A stretch of 63,752 nucleotides of DNA, filler included, from Octopus bimaculoides (GCF_001194135.2; 8 parts of 7 records of this genome joined end to end with filler, not necessarily neighbours in it), one strand, 5' to 3'; shown: positions 24,638 to 39,568, counted from the whole stretch's first letter. Notes: generated by a model from the letters alone, not told the origin. Numbers and translations are program-made.

Positions 24638-24896
24638 CTTCCTCATGAAAAGGGAGCCCCATCATTAAGGTAGGATCAGTGATGCTTCACCGAACACATT
24701 CAGGGAGATGATGGTCACTGAAGCAGAAAGGGTGGTGGTTGGGTTGTGGTGGGCTTGGTTGGGTTGTGTATATCTGTCTTGTTTTATTCCCTTGCTTCAG
24801 TCACTGGATTGCGGCCAGGCTGGAGTACCACCTTGAAGAGTTTCAGTCGAATAAATTGACCTCAAGACTTGTCTTTTTAAAGCATCATTGAAATCA

Positions 24897-25174
24897 CATC
24901 ATTGAAATCTCAAAGCTATGAGATAATCCAGGATTAACAGAAAACACTGTGAATAAAGAAGTATTAGATTTGATAGAATAAGCTGAATGCTTAAAGGCAG
25001 TCATATCCACATCAGATATTCAGTCTTCTTTTTATGCTCCGACCAGCTAGATCTGTCCTCTCACACCTACCCTACAATGTCATTCTAAAACACAAACCAT
25101 CCCATCATTGAAATCTCAAAGCCATGACATAATGCATGATTAACAGAGAACACTGTGAATAAAGAAGCATTTAG
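24897..25174 (+). repeat. Two ~70-bp direct repeats, 206 bp apart
   Basis: catcattgaaatctcaaagc...aacactgtgaataaagaag at 24897 and 25103. Confidence 0.8.
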
Positions 25175-26615
25175 TAATCTGAATGCTAAATGGTTAATCT
25201 TAAGAAATTTTCCAGTGCTGCAGTAAATATTTTCCCTTTGATCATTGGTGCATTATAAAATCAAAAAGAAAAAGAAAAGGCCTTAAAAATGACTGACTGG
25301 AAGTTTCTACAATAAAACCAACACAATTCTCAAACTCAAAGAAACTTTTTCTTCCTATTTTCTCTTCTTCCAATGTTGCTTTACCTTTTTTTTTTTCTTC
25401 TTCCTTTTCATTGAATTTCCTTCTTCAATTTTCATTCAGTTTATCCTTCGTTGCATTTTATTAGGTGGAAATGAAATGTTTGTGAGTTAACGAGTTTCCT
25501 ATTTTAAATAAACTTTGTTCGATGAAAAAAGGAAAACATATATATATATAANNNNNNNNNNNNNNNNNNNNNNNNNNNNNNNNNNNNNNNNNNNNNNNNN
25601 NNNNNNNNNNNNNNNNNNNNNNNNNNNNNNNNNNNNNNNNNNNNNNNNNNNNNNNNNNNNNNNNNNNNNNNNNNNNNNNNNNNNNNNNNNNNNNNNNNNN
25701 NNNNNNNNNNNNNNNNNNNNNNNNNNNNNNNNNNNNNNNNNNNNNNNNNNNNNNNNNNNNNNNNNNNNNNNNNNNNNNNNNNNNNNNNNNNNNNNNNNNN
25801 NNNNNNNNNNNNNNNNNNNNNNNNNNNNNNNNNNNNNNNNNNNNNNNNNNNNNNNNNNNNNNNNNNNNNNNNNNNNNNNNNNNNNNNNNNNNNNNNNNNN
25901 NNNNNNNNNNNNNNNNNNNNNNNNNNNNNNNNNNNNNNNNNNNNNNNNNNNNNNNNNNNNNNNNNNNNNNNNNNNNNNNNNNNNNNNNNNNNNNNNNNNN
26001 NNNNNNNNNNNNNNNNNNNNNNNNNNNNNNNNNNNNNNNNNNNNNNNNNNNNNNNNNNNNNNNNNNNNNNNNNNNNNNNNNNNNNNNNNNNNNNNNNNNN
26101 NNNNNNNNNNNNNNNNNNNNNNNNNNNNNNNNNNNNNNNNNNNNNNNNNNNNNNNNNNNNNNNNNNNNNNNNNNNNNNNNNNNNNNNNNNNNNNNNNNNN
26201 NNNNNNNNNNNNNNNNNNNNNNNNNNNNNNNNNNNNNNNNNNNNNNNNNNNNNNNNNNNNNNNNNNNNNNNNNNNNNNNNNNNNNNNNNNNNNNNNNNNN
26301 NNNNNNNNNNNNNNNNNNNNNNNNNNNNNNNNNNNNNNNNNNNNNNNNNNNNNNNNNNNNNNNNNNNNNNNNNNNNNNNNNNNNNNNNNNNNNNNNNNNN
26401 NNNNNNNNNNNNNNNNNNNNNNNNNNNNNNNNNNNNNNNNNNAAAATGCTGTGTCTTACAAAAGACTTCTCTATTCAATATTCTTTCCTAACTTCCGGTG
26501 CAAAATGCGGCACAGTTTTTTTTTTAAGAAAAAAAAACAAAATAAAGCAGTTTACAATCGGATAAATCTTTATAGAGTTTGTAGATATTGTCTGATACCA
26601 TCGTCTTCACGCGTT

Positions 26616-26720
26616 ACGTTGTTTAACGTCCGCTTTCCATGCTAGCATGGGTTGGGTGATTTGACTGAAGACTGGTGAACCGGATGGCTACACCAGGCTC
26701 CAATCTAATTTGGCAGAGTT
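26616..26720 (-). mobile_element. RTE-tail element fragment
   Basis: Homologous to 24030-24140. Confidence 0.65.
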
Positions 26721-27049
26721 ACATAAACATATACAATGTAAGCGTTAGATTATTAAACACAGCCGTGAAATCTATGCAGAATCCGGTATTATTGGTTGTG
26801 GTTTGTGTACAAGGTACATTTGCTGCATCAGTATGTGTGTGTGTGTATGTATGTGTGTTTATATCCATGTATGTCTTTGTGTAAGTATGAATATATTTGT
26901 ATGTATGTATGCATGAATAAATCTCTGTCTATCTACCTATCTACATATAAGTCTATCTATCTATCTTTCTATCTGTCTGTCTGTCTATCTATCTATCTGT
27001 CTGTCTATNNNNNNNNNNCTGTCTGTCTGTCTATCTATCTATCTGTCTG

Positions 27050-27089
<40 letters not shown>

Positions 27090-27169
27090 CACACACACAC
27101 ATACACACACATCTAAAACGCATACACATACAACTCTAAAAAAATAAGTGTATGGGTGTGGACAATAGC

Positions 27170-27290
27170 TGCAGGAGTGGCTATGTGGTAAGCAGCTTGC
27201 TTACCAACCACATGGTTCTGGGTTCAATCCCAGTGTGTGGCACCTTGGAAAAGTGCCTTCTACTACAGCCTCCGGCTGGCCAATGCCTGT
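27170..27290 (+). mobile_element. SINE family A 5' (tRNA-derived) part
   Basis: gcaggagtggctatgtggtaagc...gggttcaatccc...caccttggaaaagtg. Confidence 0.75.
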
Positions 27291-27479
27291 ATGTTGTTTT
27301 ATTTTCTGACTTGTTAGACTGGCCATGCTAGAGCACCAACTTGGAGAGGTTATCAGGGCTGGTCCCTAAAAAACGGCTTCATAACATTATTCAGAAGGGT
27401 GCACTTCTTATCTTGAGGGGGTGGGGGGTGGTCACGTGCTCCTCAGGCCTTGGCATCCTTGCGTCTGCCCCTGGTTTTA

Positions 27480-27646
27480 GGTGAACTAATCAACCCCAGG
27501 AATTATTTTTTTAAAGTCTAGTAATTATTTTATCAGTCTCTTTTGCAGACCCGCTATGTTATGGGGATGTAAACAAACCAACACTGGTTATCAAACAGTG
27601 ATAGTGGGAAGAGCAAACACTGACACAAAGACATGCACATATAGAT

Positions 27647-27680
<34 letters not shown>
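27480..27680 (-). mobile_element. SINE family A 3' half
   Basis: Reverse-complement similarity; runs into (TA)n and then a gap. Confidence 0.6.
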
Positions 27681-28319
27681 NNNNNNNNNNNNNNNNNNNN
27701 NNNNNNNNNNNNNNNNNNNNNNNNNNNNNNNNNNNNNNNNNNNNNNNNNNNNNNNNNNNNNNNNNNNNNNNNNNNNNNNNNNNNNNNNNNNNNNNNNNNN
27801 NNNNNNNNNNNNNNNNNNNNNNNNNNNNNNNNNNNNNNNNNNNNNNNNNNNNNNNNNNNNNNNNNNNNNNNNNNNNNNNNNNNNNNNNNNNNNNNNNNNN
27901 NNNNNNNNNNNNNNNNNNNNNNNNNNNNNNNNNNNNNNNNNNNNNNNNNNNNNNNNNNNNNNNNNNNNNNNNNNNNNNNNNNNNNNNNNNNNNNNNNNNN
28001 NNNNNNNNNNNNNNNNNNNNNNNNNNNNNNNNNNNNNNNNNNNNNNNNNNNNNNNNNNNNNNNNNNNNNCTGGGGTCGATTTGGTGTACTAAAACCCTTC
28101 AAAGCAGCGCTCCAGCGTGGCCCCAGTCTATATGACTGAAGCAGGTAAAAGATAAAAGATGTATGCTCGCAAATCTTTATTCATAGCGTGATTTACCACA
28201 CAATGTGTATGTGCACAATAGCATGATAGTGTTTCGCTTACGGGCGTTATGGTAGCTTTGGACGGGCACGAGTCGACCACGCGTGAGGACCGGGGGGATG
28301 GGAGTGGGGCCCAGAAAGA

Positions 28320-29830
<1,511 letters not shown>

Positions 29831-29958
29831 CGCCCATTTCTATTCCCCCACCACTACCCCCTCTGCCGCACACTTATCCTCGCTACCAAAACACCTGCTG
29901 TACCTAAAATAGCTTTGATTTCTTTATGCATGAAAAAAAAAAAATAATAAAAACTATA

Positions 29959-30370
29959 GGTGCAGGAGTGGCTGTGTGGTAAGTAGCTCGCTTACCAACC
30001 ACAGGGTTCCGGGTTCAGTCCTACTGCGTGGCACCTTGGGCAAGTGTCTTCTACTATAGCCTCGGGCCGACCAAAGCCTTGCGAGTGGATTTGGTAGACG
30101 GAAACTGAAAAAAGCCCGTCGTATATATGTATATGTATATATATGTGTGTGTTTGTGTGTCTGTTTGTCCCCACCCCCAACATCGCTTGAAAACTGATGC
30201 TGGTGTGTTTACGTCCCCGTAACTTAGTGGTTCGGCAAAAAGAGTACGATAATATAAGTGCTAGGCTTACAAAGAATAAGTCCTGGGTTCGATTTCCTCA
30301 ACTAAAGGCAGTGCTCCAGGATGGCCGCAGTCAACTGACTGAAACAAGTAAAAGAGTAAAAGAGAGTAAA
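29959..30370 (+). mobile_element. SINE family A, full-length young copy
   Basis: tRNA-like head (gtggctgtgtggtaag; gggttcagtcc), caccttgggcaagtg core, internal TA/TG microsatellite, (GTAAAAGA)n-like tail; CpGs intact. Confidence 0.85.
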
Positions 30371-30851
30371 CTCTTCTCCCACCCCCATTCCATCCCTCTT
30401 TCTCCGCCTCTCTCTGTATGTATGTGCATGCATACCCAACATACNNNNNNNNNNNNNNNNNNNNNNNNNNNNNNNNNNNNNNNNNNNNNNNNNNNNNNNN
30501 NNNNNNNNNNNNNNNNNNNNNNNNNNNNNNNNNNNNNNNNNNNNNNNNNNNNNNNNNNNNNNNNNNNNNNNNNNNNNNNNNNNNNNNNNNNNNNNNNNNN
30601 NNNNNNNNNNNNNNNNNNNNNNNNNNNNNNNNNNNNNNNNNNNNNNNNNNNNNNNNNNNNNNNNNNNNNNNNNNNNNNNNNNNNNNNNNNNNNNNNNNNN
30701 NNNNNNNNNNNNNNNNNNNNNNNNNNNNNNNNNNNNNNNNNNNNNNNNNNNNNNNNNNNNNNNNNNNNNNNNNNNNNNNNNCAAATCACATACACCCATC
30801 AGCCCCACCACCGCGCGTAATTCAAAGTTGTTTACTTTGAAATGAACACGT

Positions 30852-31760
30852 GTGAAGAAAATAGTTGAAGGTTTCTCACTTTCGGATTTTCCCTCACTTC
30901 TGCATAATCACCGCGATATTGCCATCGCCACCGCAACAACAGCAGAGAGTATTAATTGGCTTAAGAGACATGGACTTTTAAATACCCCAAAAATATGCCC
31001 CTCCTGTGGAGCTAGCATGATGGAAGTAGCCAAAAACAAATTAGTCGGATGGCGTGATATCGTCATGTGGAAGGCCTTGTAGAAAAATGGTTTCGATTAG
31101 AAAAGGAACATTTCTAGAAAATAGTAAATTGAAGTGTGAACAAATTATCGATATATTAAGAAGATTTAGCAAAGGGAATATCCCAAGAATGTTGTATAGT
31201 GAATGTAGCCGTCACAGATCGAAGAAATTTTTGCCGTGATATATGGGCAGAATATTATGTTGCACAGAACATAAAGCTCTGAGGGCCAAACCGAATTGTG
31301 GAGATAGATGAAAGTGCATTTGTCAAAAGAAAATACAATGTTGGCCATCGGGTTAAAATGCAGTGGATGTTTGGTGCTTTGGAAAGGGATACAAGAAGAT
31401 GTTGTTTTTTTTTTGGTGGCAGTGGAAGACCGGTCTGAAGACAGACACTCTTTTAGAAATTATACAGTACAAGAGCGTATATTGCCTGGTACAACTATAA
31501 TTTCTGACCTCTGGCCTTCATATAATACGCTCAATCAGCTAGGATGTAGACATATGTCTGTTAATCATTCCATAGATTTTGTTGATCCGGTAACATTTGC
31601 CACAAACCAACCACATAGAATGCTTATGGAAACATGTAAAGAATCGCAATGAAAGAGAAAATGGAACAGCCCGAAATTTACTTCAATCGCATCTGAGTGA
31701 ATTCATGTGGTGTTATGAATTTAAGAACGAAATCTTCGAGAAGTTATTGGAACAAATTCG
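30852..31760 (+). mobile_element. Merlin (IS1595/ISXO2-like) DNA transposase pseudogene
   Basis: Zn-ribbon ICPSCG..; IVEIDESAFVKRKYNVGH, QWMFGALER, ILPGTTIISDLWPSY, VNHS, TNHIECLWKHVK, HLSEFMW; frameshifts. Confidence 0.85.
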
Positions 31761-32499
31761 ACACCTACGGAGCATAAGTATCACATTTATTTTTAAACTT
31801 AACTTCAAACTTCGTTTGTTTTCTATTTTGATAAATTCCCTCTGTTGAAAATTATATTTTTATCTTTTAAATAATTTGCAATTTCAGAAAATATATTTTT
31901 ATATTAAATTTGCGTTTTCTAATTTGATAAATCTATGGAAACAAACAAAGGTGGACGAGTGATAGATAGATTAGATAGATAGAGAAATAGATGTTTGTAT
32001 GCATATATCAGTTTAACCCAATATCTAAATCCTTACCCTAACCCTAACCCACAGTCGTCATCACCACCACCACTGCTGCCATCACTGCCACTGTCACCAC
32101 CACTACCATCACCACCTCCACCCCAATGTCCCCTGACCTTGCCTTTCTTTAACATCACCAGGATGTGGTGAATGACTCTTTTGTCAAGCTGTCCCTTATC
32201 TGACNNNNNNNNNNNNNNNNNNNNNNNNNNNNNNNNNNNNNNNNNNNNNNNNNNNNNNNNNNNNNNNNNNNNNNNNNNNNNNNNNNNNNNNNNNNNNNNN
32301 NNNNNNNNNNNNNNNNNNNNNNNNNNNNNNNNNNNNNNNNNNNNNNNNNNNNNNNNNNNNNNNNNNNNNNNNNNNNNNNNNNNNNNNNNNNNNNNNNNNN
32401 NNNNNNNNNNNNNNNNNNNNNNNNNNNNNNNNNNNNNNNNNNNNNNNNNNNNNNNNNNNTGGCAGAAATTTTGTATTTGAATTCTATTACCACCACATC

Positions 32500-32852
32500 T
32501 GGTCCATGCCAACCGTCCTTCATTGGACACTAAACTCAGCTTTCGAAGACCTGTTGGGGCAAGTGAGATTGAAACTGAACCAAATTCGATGACTGGCACC
32601 CGTGCCAGTGGAGCGCTAACAGCACCATCCGAGCGGTCTCGCTTCCATGCCGGTGGCACATAAAAAGCACCATTTGAGCGCGATTGTTTCCAGCTTCGCC
32701 TGACTGGCATTTGTGCCGGTGGCATGTGAACAAAACATTGGACTGTCTCCTGTGCAGGTGGCACGTAAAAAATGCCATTTGAGCGTGGCCGTTGCCAGTA
32801 CCGCCAGACTGGCTCTCATGCCAGTGGCACGTAAAAAGCACCCACTACACTC
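32500..32852 (+). mobile_element. RTE-tail element with internal tandem subrepeats
   Basis: About five units containing tgcc(a/g)gtggca(c/t)(g/a)taaaaagcacc, ending in gcacccactacactc as in other copies. Confidence 0.7.
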
Positions 32853-33414
32853 TACCTACCTATAGGACAAAAACAAGGCGAATTTCAGGGTACTTGGCTG
32901 TTATTTCTAGCATGATGTTAGACCACCTATAGGACAATATTTTTACAAATGCATCTTAAAGTGTCCTTCACTTTTCTATGAAAAATAATGCAAATTTCTG
33001 TGTACTTGGCTGTTATTCTTAGCACGGTACCAGGTCTGTATCAGAAACCATTCTTATGTGTCAGAATTACGCTAACGCTGTTTAAAATGGTCGACTAAGG
33101 ACATAATAGAGGGACTGATTGACATGGAGGGCTTTTAGTAAACTTGTAAACATCAAAGACTTACTACCTGTACAGTTACCTGTGTTGTTACCTGTGTGTT
33201 AGTAACACCCCTTTGATGTCACCTTTTCATGTGGTGTTTACAAATTGTTGTTCATTTCTAATAAGTGAAAGCGAAACAAGAAATGGCAAACGTGGGCACG
33301 CATGGACACACATGCGCGCGCGCATGCATGCACGCAACACATGCACCCATGTTAGCACGGAATTCAGGATATTGATGAGGATAATGATATCTATCTATCT
33401 GTCTGTCTATCAAT

Positions 33415-33469
<55 letters not shown>

Positions 33470-33543
33470 TCCATCTGTCTATTTATCTCTGTCTATCTAT
33501 CTGTCTGTCTGTCTGTCTATCTATCTATTTGTCTATCTATCTA

Positions 33544-33575
<32 letters not shown>

Positions 33576-34442
33576 TCTATCTATTGATCGATCTGTCTAC
33601 CTAATACACACACACACACACATCTTCAATTTTTGTTCTTTTCTTGTTTCAAGCATTGAACTGTGGCCATACTGGGGCACCACCTTGAACCCTAAGCCCC
33701 ATAAAGCTGGAGCTTAACCCATACGACTCAACTTGGATTGGATGCCAGTCCCCCATAGAGTTAACTTCCCTGTTATTGCTGAAGCTCATTTTACAACAGA
33801 AGGCATAGACAACAACACACCGCCTTGCCTGAGAATTGAAACTGAAATCTTAGAGAGACAAAGACTCTAGTTTGTCATGAATCCAAAACTGGACGAAACA
33901 AAATGTATTCATTCAGGAACACAACGCCTGCTCCCTGGTCCCAGAATCGAAACCACAATCTCACAATCTGGTTCGGGCGTTAGTGTAACGTGCCATCCAC
34001 GAAATCATAAATGAAAACAACAAAAGGAAAACGAGAAAAATTGTTGAAAAGACAAAACGAAGCGTAGGAAACCCAGAGCCAGCAGATGCCTGGTGGTGTT
34101 TGCTGTTATTTCGTTTTGTGTGATCCCACAACATCCTACTCTCGGCTCTGTTGTATTCATGATTGTTGACCCAGGGTGGTTAGAGGACAATAAATCTGGA
34201 ACGACAGGTGCAGAACTGTAACAGGTTTCATGTTGTCAGCTCTCTCGCACGAGAATTAGATTCGGTTCACGCCACTCTGGATTGTAATTGTTCACAGATG
34301 TAGAAGAGTCATTTGGTGTACATTGCTATGTATATGTGGGTGTATATTTGTTGTTTGTATATACATATGTACACGTCTGTTATATTTGTTCATGTGTACA
34401 AATGGTTGTATATGTATGAATATACATACATACATACATACA

Positions 34443-34498
<56 letters not shown>

Positions 34499-34683
34499 TA
34501 GATAGATAGATAGGCAGACAAATAGACAGATAGATAAATAGACAGATAGATAAATAGATAGATAAATAGATAGATAAATAGATAGATAGGTTGATAGATA
34601 GATAGATAGATAGATAGAGATGGATAGATAGATAGACAGACATATATATGTATACACACGTGTACATATGTACATATATATAT

Positions 34684-34728
<45 letters not shown>

Positions 34729-34759
34729 TATATATATATACACGCACACACACACACAC

Positions 34760-34814
<55 letters not shown>

Positions 34815-35029
34815 CATATATATACATACATACACACACACACATATACATATATACACTCACAGACGCACACATACATACACATGTATGTATGTGTATG
34901 TGTATTTCATTATATAGGAGTGGTACAGTAAGCATAATGAAATATATTACACACAGTACAAACATTATATAGTGATAGAGAACTCAATACATGGATAAGA
35001 GCAAGTATATGTATTTGTGTGTGTGTGTG

Positions 35030-35275
35030 TGTGTGTGTATGAATGAAGGATCATAAAGATAATTTCCTGGGTTCTGTAGCATATACACTGAGGGTAGCTA
35101 CATAAAGAAGGGCCAGTCTCTAATTGTCAAGGGAACCTGTGAAAGGGGCAGACCCAGGAAGACGTGGGATGAAGTGGTGAGAAAGGATCTTGAGATGTTG
35201 AACCTTACTAAGGAGATGAGAAGGGGCCGAAATTTCAGGCTTTTGCTGTGCTTGAGAAGACCCATGATCTCTAAG
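35030..35275 (+). mobile_element. RTE LINE ORF C-terminal remnant
   Basis: GTCERGRPRKTWDEVVRKDLEMLNLTKEM..gctgtgcttgagaagacc, the same end seen at 18020-18050. Confidence 0.7.
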
Positions 35276-35562
35276 TAAAATCAGGTCTCTCCATATACAT
35301 ACAGTTGTGCCCCTTATGACCCTAACCCTATTTTCCTCTCACATACACATACATACGCATATAATTCTGTCCTCTGGTAGACCTTGCCCTCAACCCATCT
35401 CCCCAAAACCGCCACCACCCACTGCAGGCTCTCACAGTTTCCTCTCACCATCACTCGCTCTCTCTAATCACCTCCTCTCACACTCTGTCCCCTCCATGCT
35501 ATTTATACTTGCTTCCTGCAACTGTTCGGAGGATAGGCCTTCTCTCACCCTCACTATCAACA

Positions 35563-35612
<50 letters not shown>

Positions 35613-35784
35613 CCATCTTCCTCTCTTTCTTTGTCCTACTTGGTGAGATAGCACAGTTCTATATTTAAGAGATGAGAAATTATATACATTACTCTTTTAC
35701 TCTTTTACTTGTTTCAGTCGTTTGACTGTGGCCATGCTGGAGCACCGCCTTTAGTCGAGAAAATCGACCCAAGGACTTATTCTA

Positions 35785-35975
35785 TGTGTGCCCGTGTTGT
35801 GTAAACGCATCTGAACTGGTGACATGCAAAAAGCACCCAGCGCACTCCGTTAAGTGGTTGGCATTAGGAAGGGCATCCAGCTGTAGAAACCATGCCGAAA
35901 CAGATGTTTGGAGTCTGAACAGCTCCATGTCAAACTGTCCAACCCATGCCAGCATGGAAAGCGGACGTTAAAGGA
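35785..35975 (+). mobile_element. RTE-tail element, joined to a reverse SINE A 3' end (35700-35783)
   Basis: ggcattaggaagggcatccagctgtagaaa...catggaaagcggacgttaaa. Confidence 0.75.
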
Positions 35976-36222
35976 TGACGACGACGATGATGATGGTGGT
36001 GATGGTGGGGTCAATGACAACAATGATGATGATGATGATGATAATGACAACGTCAGTGATGATGGTGGTAATGATGATGGTGATGGTGATGGTGATGATG
36101 ATGATGGTGATGATGGTGATGATGGTGATGATTATGGTGATGATGATGAATGATGATGATGATGGTGATGATGATAATGGTGGTGATGATGATGAATGAT
36201 GATGGTGATGGTGATAGTGATG

Positions 36223-36254
<32 letters not shown>

Positions 36255-36268
36255 GATGATGATGATGA

Positions 36269-36310
<42 letters not shown>

Positions 36311-36461
36311 GTGACGATGGTGATGATGATGATGACGATGATGATGACGATGATTATGGTGATGATGATGATGAATGATGATGGTGATGGTGATGGTGAT
36401 GATGATGATGAATGATGATGGTGATGATGATGGTGATGATGATGATGATGAATGATGATGG

Positions 36462-36492
<31 letters not shown>

Positions 36493-36507
36493 GATGATGG
36501 ATGATGA

Positions 36508-36540
<33 letters not shown>

Positions 36541-36550
36541 TTGATGATGT

Positions 36551-36585
<35 letters not shown>

Positions 36586-36728
36586 GTGATGATTATGGTG
36601 ATGATGGTGATGATGATGATGATGGTGATGATGATAATGGTGGTGATGATGATGAATGATGATGGTGATGGTGATGGTGATGATGATGATGATGGTGATG
36701 GTGATGATGATGATGATGATGATGATGA

Positions 36729-36777
<49 letters not shown>

Positions 36778-36807
36778 CGATGGTGATGATGATGATGATG
36801 ATGATGA

Positions 36808-36859
<52 letters not shown>

Positions 36860-36865
36860 CGATGG

Positions 36866-36914
<49 letters not shown>

Positions 36915-37030
36915 TGATGACGATGATGATGATGATGATGACGATGACAATGATGATGGTGGTGATGATGATTATGGTGATGTTGATGACAATGGTGATG
37001 ATGACAACGGGCAATGATGACAACGGACAA
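35976..37030 (+). repeat. ~1-kb (GAT)n/(GGT) trinucleotide expansion
   Basis: Directly visible; begins at the element tail. Confidence 0.95.
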
Positions 37031-37203
37031 TGATACATACACTGTTTTATAAAAGCCGGAAACAATTTCAAAAACTGCTTCTCAGTTTTTCACGTCACCA
37101 TTCATCGGACGGACGGTTGTGACATGTGTATATATGTGTATATATGTGTATATATGCAGCGAAACATTCTGGCGAGGAGTGTATATGTCTGTTTAAAAAC
37201 AAC

Positions 37204-37245
<42 letters not shown>

Positions 37246-38099
37246 TGTAATCCAAACCAGTCTCTCTCTCTCTCTCACAAACACACACACACACACACAT
37301 ATGCATACACACAAGCACACACACACACTGACACCCATATCAGCACATACCATTCATTCTAGGAAAAAAAAACCAACCGGATGCCACGGCTGGCAGCTCC
37401 CTNNNNNNNNNNNNNNNNNNNNNNNNNNNNNNNNNNNNNNNNNNNNTTAATTAATTAANNNNNNNNNNNNNNNNNNNNNNNNNNNNNNNNNNNNNNNNNN
37501 NNAAAAAGACGAAAAACAAACAACACCCACCCTCAGCGGGCCATTATCTTGTGACACTATCTCTTGCTCTCGCACTCATCTTTCTCTCTCTGGCAGTCTC
37601 TCTCAAACGCACTCACACACACATACACCCCACCACACACACATACACGCATGCACACACACACACAATCACAATAATATTTACAGATAGAAAACAAACA
37701 CACGTACGGCAGACCATTATTTTGTGACGCTCTCACTCTCTCGTCCTCATTTTCCTCTCAATCTGTGTGTCTGTCTGTCTGTCTCTCCTCTCCCCCCCTC
37801 TCTCTCTCTCTCTCTTTCACTTACACGAACTCACATACACATATTTACACTAGGTAACAACCGATATAAGAAAACAAACACACCATCGTTGGGCCATTAT
37901 TTTGACACTATCTCTTGCTCTTATCCTCATTTTTCTCCCCTCTCTCTTTCCTCCCATTCTATGTCTGTCTGTCTGTCTGTCTATCTCTTTTTCAAACACA
38001 CACACACACACACTGTTTACACAAGCAAGCAGAAAAATACCAAGAGAAAACAAAACAATCTACGTAATTCTGGGGGTCGAGAATTGAAGCGATGTAGGG

Positions 38100-38139
<40 letters not shown>

Positions 38140-39139
38140 AGTTAGACATGCTTCGAGAAATAAAGAACACCGACAAAAACAAACGAAATAACCATAAATA
38201 ATAAACGGACAAAAACCAACACGAGTACAACAACAGCAAGAACAACAATGAAAGCGAAGATAATCAAATTAAAACGAAATAAAACAGCCACTAACAAGAG
38301 AAATAAAATTCACACAGAACAGTCCATAAAACAAGATGGACACTTAAATATATATATATATATATATAAAGTGTAGTATATTGCCACTTAAGTGTGGCTG
38401 ACCCCTAGGGGTGGATTTAGAGAATTAACATATATNNNNNNNNNNNNNNNNNNNNNNNNNNNNNNNNNNNNNNNNNNNNNNNNNNNNNNNNNNNNNNNNN
38501 NNNNNNNNNNNNNNNNNNNNNNNNNNNNNNNNNNNNNNNNNNNNNNNNNNNNNNNNNNNNNNNNNNNNNNNNNNNNNNNNNNNNNNNNNNNNNNNNNNNN
38601 NNNNNNNNNNNNNNNNNNNNNNNNNNNNNNNNNNNNNNNNNNNNNNNNNNNNNNNNNNNNNNNNNNNNNNNNNNNNNNNNNNNNNNNNNNNNNNNNNNNN
38701 NNNNNNNNNNNNNNNNNNNNNNNNNNNNNNNNNNNNNNNNNNNNNNNNNNNNNNNNNNNNNNNNNNNNNNNNNNNNNNNNNNNNNNNNNNNNNNNNNNNN
38801 NNNNNNNNNNNNNNNNNNNNNNNNNNNNNNNNNNNNNNNNNNNNNNNNNNNNNNNNNNNNNNNNNNNNNNNNNNNNNNNNNNNNNNNNNNNNNNNNNNNN
38901 NNNNNNNNNNNNNNNNNNNNNNNNNNNNNNNNNNNNNNNNNNNNNNNNNNNNNNNNNNNNNNNNNNNNNNNNNNNNNNNNNNNNNNNNNNNNNNNNNNNN
39001 NNNNNNNNNNNNNNNNNNNNNNNNNNNNNNNNNNNNNNNNNNNNNNNNNNNNNNNNNNNNNNNNNNNNNNNNNNNNNNNNNNNNNNNNNNNNNNNNNNNN
39101 NNNNNNNNNNNNNNNNNNNNNNNNNNNNNNNNNNNNNNN

Positions 39140-39310
39140 CATATATACGACGGACTTCTTTCAGTTTCCGTCTACCAAATCCACTCACAAGGCTTTGGTC
39201 GGCCCGAAGCTATAGTAGAAGACACTTGCCCAAGGTGCCACGCAGTGGGACTGAACCCGGAACCATGTGGTTGGTAAGCAAGCTACTTACCACACAGCCA
39301 CTCCTGCGCC
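39140..39310 (-). mobile_element. SINE family A 5' half, young
   Basis: Near-identical reverse complement of 29959-30125. Confidence 0.85.
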
Positions 39311-39337
39311 TATATGCACATTCTCTCTTTCTCTCTT

Positions 39338-39373
<36 letters not shown>

Positions 39374-39568
39374 TCTCACTCGCTCTCTTTCTCTCACACA
39401 CAGAGAAACATACAAACATAAAATGCACAGATGCGCATACAAATACACGCGCTTACAGGTGCATATGTATGCATACAAATGTAATGATTGCGTAACATCT
39501 CACCTGTAAAGTGCAGGTGCATGATGAGTCGAAACAATCGTAGCGGTTCTGAATTAAAAAATTCTCAC

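Noticed and set aside
25504-26645. ORFs of 150-380 aa made of X (also 27.5, 30.2, 38.4, 43, 46.7, 49.2 kb)
   Set aside because: They only span N gaps.
35968-37071. Long poly-His/Ile/Ser and poly-Met/Asp ORFs
   Set aside because: Translations of the (GAT)n microsatellite; no splice or homology support.
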